Assembly: GCF_009914755.1 (NCBI RefSeq)
Contig: NC_060933.1
DNA length: 64,000 nucleotides
Origin: the human T2T-CHM13v2.0 reference genome, Homo sapiens
Strand: one strand, 5' to 3'
The translations under genes were made by a program, and so were the position numbers. The notes under the pieces are model-generated. The model saw only the letters and a list, made by a program, of their open reading frames with translations, searched no databases and was not told the origin of the DNA. Positions 56,840-64,000 of the stretch are shown here, piece by piece. The first letter of the stretch is position 1, and every line of letters begins with the position of its first letter.

Positions 56840-57438
56840 GTGAGCAGGCCACAGTTTGAGGGGACAGGAAGGCCTGGGCTATGGGGAGGAGACTGGGGAA
56901 GAAACATCCTGAGCGTGAGGGAGCAAGGGATTAGGGAGAAAGAAAAAGGAAATCACTGGGAAGGAAAGGCCTCTTTATTAATCACTTCTCCTTACCTAGA
57001 CCCTGGTGCCGGAGAGGCAAGATTGCTATCTGCAAACAACATGAACCATAATACAAGGATTTGCTAACAACCTAACGCTGTAGACTTGGCTAACAGTTTG
57101 ATATTATAAGAGGTGGGGGGAGGGGGAAGGGGAAGGGCAGGGGACCAGGGAGTAGCTAACCAGTGGTTTGCTAACTGGGTGGGGCTGAAGCATGTATATA
57201 TCAGAGGGTGTAAAGATCAATATAGAGATAAGTGGTCAGTTAGGGCTTGGGTAGGGAGATGGGATGCTTGGGCTTTAAGGGAAAGGCTGGTGGCCCAGGA
57301 CAAAGAATAAATATGGAGGAATGGGATTACGGTATCTGTGCAAGGAGCATAGACTGCTCTAAGATGGAAAGCATATGAGTAGTGTTGTGGGGGGCTTCTG
57401 AACGACTCTGAAGCCTCCTATACATGCTTGGGTTGCAG

Positions 57439-57580
57439 TGGTGTGTGCCCAGGGCCTACAAGCCAAGGACAAAACAGGATCCAGTGACCCTTACGTGACT
57501 GTGCAAGTCAGCAAAACTAAGAAGCGTACCAAGACCATTTTTGGAAACTTGAATCCTGTTTGGGAGGAGAAGTTCCATTT
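57439..57580 (+). CDS. UNC13B: UNC13B exon, C2B domain part 1, 142 nt
   Basis: (V)[23 protein letters not shown]...NPVWEEKFH(F); ttgcAG and GTAAGT boundaries. Confidence 0.96.
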
Positions 57581-58310
57581 GTAAGTCACAGAGAGCTTTG
57601 TCTTACCTGGGACTGTGTGTATTGGGGGAGCAGGATCACATCCTGCCATTCTGGGCTTGAGCTTGAAGATTGGGCAAAGGCAGGGGAGAAAACTCATTTC
57701 TCGCATGCTTCGTTCAGACATCAGCCATTCTTTCTCTGGTTTTCTTCTCATGAGCTGTTGTGTCAGGATTACTGTGCCCATGCCCTGTCTTCACCAGGGC
57801 TATTAAAGGGGCCCTAGGGCACCCCATCCTGCTTTTTCTAGCAGTAGAAAGATTTTACTACTTTACTGCTCAGTGACAGAACCAGGGACTGACTGCCTTA
57901 TTGTACCTCCTACCCTTGCCTAGGAAGGTACAGTAGGGTTAGGCTCTCATAAGGAAGGCTCTTATAAGGAGTGGGGAGGGAGTGTCCTTGTCCTAAAACT
58001 GGGTAATTCTGGCTTAAAAGTGGAAATCTGGGTTCTGAAGAAGATGCTGTTTCCCATAAAGATAGTGTTTCTTCCTGCCTCAGCTTCTACACTCACTCAT
58101 TTTTTTATTATCTCACTTTCTTACAAACTATTTCTTATGACAGTAAAGGATGGTTATTGAAAAATGGCAAACTAATGTCTGAGAATCCACATGCTTTGTC
58201 GCTCCCTAATAAGGCCTAGGGTCAGGATTTTGGATTTGAATCAGCCAAGCAGGCTGGCTATGTAGAGGCCTCCTTCTGTTGGCTCCTCAGAAGATTCAGA
58301 AAGGGATTAA

Positions 58311-58613
58311 GGCCAGCGTGGTGGCTCACACCTGTAATCCCAGCACTTTGGGAGGCTGAGGCAGGCAGATCACCTGAGGTCAGGAGTTCCAGACCAGACT
58401 GGCCAACATGGCAAAACCCCATCTCTATTAAGAATACAAAAATAAGCCAGGCATGGTGGCAGGTGCCTGTAGTCCCAGCTTACTCGGGAGGCTGAGGGAA
58501 GAGAATCCCCTGAACCTGGGAGGCAGACGTTGCAGTGCACCAAGATCATGCCACTGTACTCCAGCCTGGTGACAGAGTGAGACTCCGTCTAAAAAAAGAA
58601 AAGAAAAAAAAAA
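58311..58613 (+). mobile_element. Alu (AluS-like), sense
   Basis: Full dimer; TSD aaagggatta. Confidence 0.92.
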
Positions 58614-59613
58614 GGGATTAGGATATAGTAAAATTCATCTCTAATCCAGAGATAATATTAATAGCTACCAGGAGAAACACCTGTTTGAGAATCTGAATAG
58701 TTCCTGCTTGAATTCTTCTTATGACTAATTTAAAATGAACTAGCTCTTGGTCATTTTTGCCCACTTTTAGTAAACAGTTTATTAAGCTCATATTCTGTAC
58801 AAGACACTATACATAATACAGTGTATCCAAAAATGAATAGAACAATCCCTGGCTTCAAGAAGCTCCTTGTTGATTTGTCTATTATCTTCTCACAGAGCAG
58901 TGGTTATACTGTAATATTTTAATGGAATGTGGAAAGATAACATAAGAACATAGGGAAAGTAAGAGCACATTTTGCCAGTTACAACTTTTGGGTGAAACAA
59001 CAGATCCCAGAAAGCAACTGTTGGAGAGGAGAGCTTGAGACAAGACCTGGGAAAACTCCTTTCTCCAAAGCAAACCCGATAGACGAGATGACAATTCAAT
59101 GGGATATGATAGGCTAATATAGAAGTTCACCAAGCACATAGTTAGGCAGATGAGAGAGTTAGATAGAAAGCCAAACAGTTATAACCCTATGGGCCTACCA
59201 TGAACATGTCTAGCACCTTTACTGACTTCATGTCCTGGGCTCTGAGGATGGAGCTAGCAGTTGCTTCCTGGAGCTCCGTGGCATGTCTAGCTATTTTCCT
59301 CTTGGTGTTGCTGATACAGCTAGCTGTATAGGAAGTCAGAATTGACCTGAATTACTCTTCCCTCCACCCCTTGCCCTTTGTTCTAGGACAATAAGAACTG
59401 TACAGTGGTAGATAGAGCCACCCAGGCCGAGGAATGAAGAGTCATTTGCTAGGATAGCCCAACTTTCTTGGAACTTTTGTACTGCTGTCCTCTGACTTCT
59501 CCTCTTTCAGGGCCTCAAGTGCAGCTGTCGGAGCTTTTGGGAGGGAATAGGAAGTAACAGGATTTGGCGCTACTGGGTCTGCCCCTAACAGAGCCTGCCT
59601 AATTCTCTCACAG

Positions 59614-59783
59614 TGAGTGCCACAACTCCTCTGACCGCATTAAGGTGCGTGTATGGGATGAGGATGATGACATCAAGTCAAGAGTAAAGCAACGCCTAAA
59701 GCGAGAGTCTGATGATTTCCTTGGCCAAACCATCATTGAGGTTCGGACCCTAAGTGGCGAGATGGACGTCTGGTACAACTTGG
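59614..59783 (+). CDS. UNC13B: UNC13B exon, C2B domain part 2 (Ca2+-binding loop WDEDDD...DDFLG), 170 nt
   Basis: [56 protein letters not shown]; phase-consistent AG/GT. Confidence 0.96.
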
Positions 59784-60101
59784 GTGAGGAAACTGGACCC
59801 GAGAAAGTTGCTTGGAAGGGAAAGCATGAAGGGGACCTGGGAATAGTCCTTCTACCAAAACCACCATCTGTCCCCAAAGCATACCTCTATACAGAGCCTG
59901 TCTCACCTGCAAAGAACTGACTGTGGGGAGGGATGGGGGACAGAGGAGTGGCAGTGGCTGTGAGTCACTCTGGCTGAATGTTCTCTAGGTTTCAGAAGGC
60001 CCTTTAATCTTCATACTAGTGCTTTTGTCCCCCCTCCACACTCCTGTTCTCCTACCCAGCTAGTTCAAGGGTACTTGTGGAATATGTGGTCACTGGAGTG
60101 A

Positions 60102-60419
<318 letters not shown>

Positions 60420-60699
60420 TAAGTAGGATTGCTAGGTGGTTGGAATCCGAGGCCCATTTTAAATTTTATCCTTGATTCACTCTGTTACCCTGGAGAGTCC
60501 GAGTGACTGAACTCAGACTGCATTCTCTTCCACTAATGTGAGAACAGCCTACTGGGGCCACAGGAGGAACTGAGCAATGACTGGAAGGACAGAATTTCTG
60601 TGGGACCTTGTGCACATTCTTCTGGGCTTTACCACCAAGTTTGTTTTTGTCTTTCATATGTGTTTAACCCATTCCCTTTCTCTGCTCTGTCTCCTGCAG

Positions 60700-60863
60700 A
60701 ATCTTTTCCATTACCTCACAGACATTCAGGGCAGTGGAGGAGTCCGCATCCCTGAAGCTCGAGGAGACGATGCCTGGAAGGTGTACTTTGATGAGACAGC
60801 CCAAGAAATTGTGGATGAATTTGCCATGCGTTATGGCATTGAGTCCATATATCAGGCCATGAC
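60700..60863 (+). CDS. UNC13B: UNC13B exon, 164 nt
   Basis: [11 protein letters not shown]...[14 protein letters not shown](T); ctgcAG and GTGAGT boundaries. Confidence 0.96.
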
Positions 60864-61465
60864 GTGAGTCTCTGCTGCGGCACCGGGAAGTGGCTACTAA
60901 TCACTGGGGTGGCTAATTAAGGCACACTGACATGGTGGGCAGGTCCTTAGTGAGGTAGCATGCAGTGATTCCTTTACTTTCCTCTCTGAGCTGGGTGAGA
61001 TGGGTCTATGCCCCAAGACAAGAAGGGTATATGTAGAAAAAGAATGTTGTAACTCACAGAAAAGGTATTTCTGTCTGCCTCAGAGTTGAGGGAACTCTGC
61101 AGGGAAAGAGGCATGTGAGAGTATGCAAGGACAACCTGCCTAGACATCACAGGCCTGAGCAGACAGGGTATGTGTGCTCGTGTACATGTGTTTGTGACAA
61201 CCGGTCTGGCCTAGACTGGCCTGGGGGTTCAAAGAGAACACTAAACTGCAGGGAAAGCAGCTGTGTATGGAGTTGACCAGGACTCCTTGAATGGGAATTC
61301 CAGATTGCTATGAGAAGCAGGGTAGCCTTTCTGTCAGTGAGGCTGCCCCTAGAGCTGTGTGCAGAAAGTAGCCCTAGGCAAGAGAGGGCAGCAATTGCCC
61401 TGGCTGTGCTTCATTTATCCCATAAACTTTTAGAGTTCCTGCTTGGCTTTTGCTGCAAGCCCTGA

Positions 61466-61663
<198 letters not shown>

Positions 61664-61706
61664 TAAACACATATGTCTGCATTTGTTACCAATTAATAAA
61701 GTTTGA

Positions 61707-62007
<301 letters not shown>

Positions 62008-63389
62008 AAGTTTGATTTTTCTTGGCTGGTCCTATAGAGTTACTTGATGTGCTTAAAATTCAGATAGCTACCATTTTGATAGATGAATCTTGTTTCCTGT
62101 TTCCTTATGGGTATGCGGACTATACTAATAGCCTCTCCTCACACACAGATAAAGAAGAGAAGGTGGTTGGGGGTGGTACCACCTGGGCTTGGCCAGAACC
62201 CCTCTGGGCCAACAACTTGGTTGAATTACGATAGTCTTCCATATTCTTCAGTCTTGCAGGTCCACAAATGGATTTTTAAAAATCTTGTTCAGTCTGTCTG
62301 TGATGGATTCATATTACTTGAGTTGATATGAGACTGATGTCTAAGCAATGATGCCAGTGTGCACTTGAACCTGTTCCTTTTCTAGTGTCCAGACTGTTTT
62401 CCCTATCCAGGGTGTGCCCTTCCTGGGTTAAGGTACCTGAGAAGTTGAGTCATTACTCAGAATGTCACCTGACATTAATTCAGTATAAACTAGATAAAAT
62501 AATTCTGACCCAACACAAAAATTACCATTTTGGGCATAAAGTTACTGATATCACCCCAATTCACTGAGTCTATGAAATCTGACTTTTTTGTACTAATGAA
62601 TTTTTTGTTGTTGATAGAGCCTTTCTGTAGATGTGTAACTTATTAAGCCAGTCAAATATTTGTTCCATTTTGCCTCATCTCATTATGTATTGACTTAATC
62701 AACATCTACTCATATAATCAATATATGAGTTCTAGGAGTGGGATGCCAACATCCTGCAGGCATATGATTCCACGTTTAATTATACTTTTTCTATGAAAAT
62801 CAGCTATTAAAATAGTATATGTTAGATATTTTAACATTTAAAAAGTATACACTATGGGAAATGTGTGTGGAATGTGGTTTAAAGAGAGACCCCTTCCTGC
62901 CTGTCCTGTTATCTTTCATATGCATCAGATTCTCCCTCCTATCATCACTGCTAGGCTGTGGCTGTATAACTGTTATGCACTACCCCGAGATAAGTCAGGA
63001 GACCTCAGACTCAAGAGAGAATGTGTTTGGAGTTTCTTCTTATCTAACTAAGATAAGTTACAGTCCCAAAGGTATAGAGATGCACTGGTCATGCCCTATT
63101 GACTCTCATATAGAAGGAGCCATTTCTCCCCCCAGGGACTTGGCTTTTTCCTTGTCAGTGTGAGATTTCCCAGATTGGGACAGAGCTGCAAAGAGATAGA
63201 ACAGGGACTTTCTATCTCATTTTTTCCGTTACACTGTTTGTTGTTCTTCCCATGGGCAGGGATGTGTCTCCAACCCAATGCCTCCCGACTCTTTCTACTC
63301 ATCCAGGGGTGGTTCTGTTTCTGTTATAGTTTAGGGGACTCAGACACAGGTTCTCTTTTTCTTCCCCTTTATTTGTTTCTCACCCTCAG

Positions 63390-63458
63390 AAAGAGAGATT
63401 TGTAAAACTGCTGGACCAGCTACACAACTCACTGAGGATCGACCTCTCTACATACAGG
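63390..63458 (+). CDS. UNC13B: UNC13B exon, [23 protein letters not shown], 69 nt
   Basis: ccctcAG|aaa...tacagg|GTGAGT; the gene continues beyond the window. Confidence 0.95.
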
Positions 63459-64000
63459 GTGAGTGAAGACACGGCTGTGGGCAGGATAATAGATATCAAG
63501 CACGGTCCCAGAGAGACTGTAGGCCAATCTTGGCTATAAAGATTGAGGCCAGGGAAAACTGGTCTGTGTCATCACATCCACCCAAATGGCCAATGCTACT
63601 GACACCTGTGGTTCTTTTAACTCCAGGGACCATGTGGTGTATAAATAGCAGCAGGTATGGTTAGTTTTTATAGACAGTTGTCTTTCCAACCTCATTCTTA
63701 ACACTCTACTAAACTCTCTGGTGACATTCTCATTAGGGAGTTTCCTGAGGATAATCTCTTCCAGGAGTATCCTTTTAAAAAATTAGATACCTAATTACAT
63801 TTCTTTTTTGCATTTTTCCATACTCTCCTCGTTTTCCAGCGGAGGTGTGAGAATCTGGCTAGGGGACAGAGAGTAGCTTGGCTTTTGCAAGTAATCTGTA
63901 TCAGAGAGCATGTCCATTCCTAGTATAAAGGGAGGAAATAGGTATAGTAGGAGGATGGTTACTGGGACGGGACAGGATAAGGAAATGGGCAGTTTCTTAG

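Noticed and set aside
59611-59618. GTGAGT donor-like hexamer overlapping the exon acceptor
   Set aside because: It is explained by the AG plus the codons for F/E/C and is out of register for recursive splicing.

Overview
Primate (very probably human) genomic DNA from the middle of UNC13B (Munc13-2), transcribed on the + strand. The first ~46 kb belong to the large intron that follows the ubiquitous-isoform (ubMunc13-2) N-terminal exons, which lie upstream of this window. This intron holds a candidate alternative promoter and non-coding first exon (~20.8-21.5 kb), the ~2.3-kb coding exon for the brain-type bMunc13-2 N-terminus (30671-32954) and a 23-nt phase-changing microexon (43689-43711). 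From 46091 to 63458 there are 11 shared coding exons (linker, C1, C2B, start of the MUN region) plus a 6-nt Ala-Met microexon; all splice with consistent GT-AG phases. A 28-copy 75-78-bp VNTR lies at 51571-53710, and about two dozen Alus plus L1, L2, MIR, LTR and DNA-transposon relics fill the introns. Two observations stand out. (1) The brain-specific exon encodes a coiled coil followed by a domain with LINE ORF1p (Transposase_22-type) RRM motifs, suggesting a domesticated retrotransposon ORF1 module fused to a synaptic priming factor. (2) The 23-nt exon works as a reading-frame parity switch: obligatory for brain-promoter transcripts, a poison exon for ubiquitous-promoter transcripts, and flanked by UG repeats and RBFOX motifs. 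Gene identity, repeat families and literature links come from memory, not from searches.
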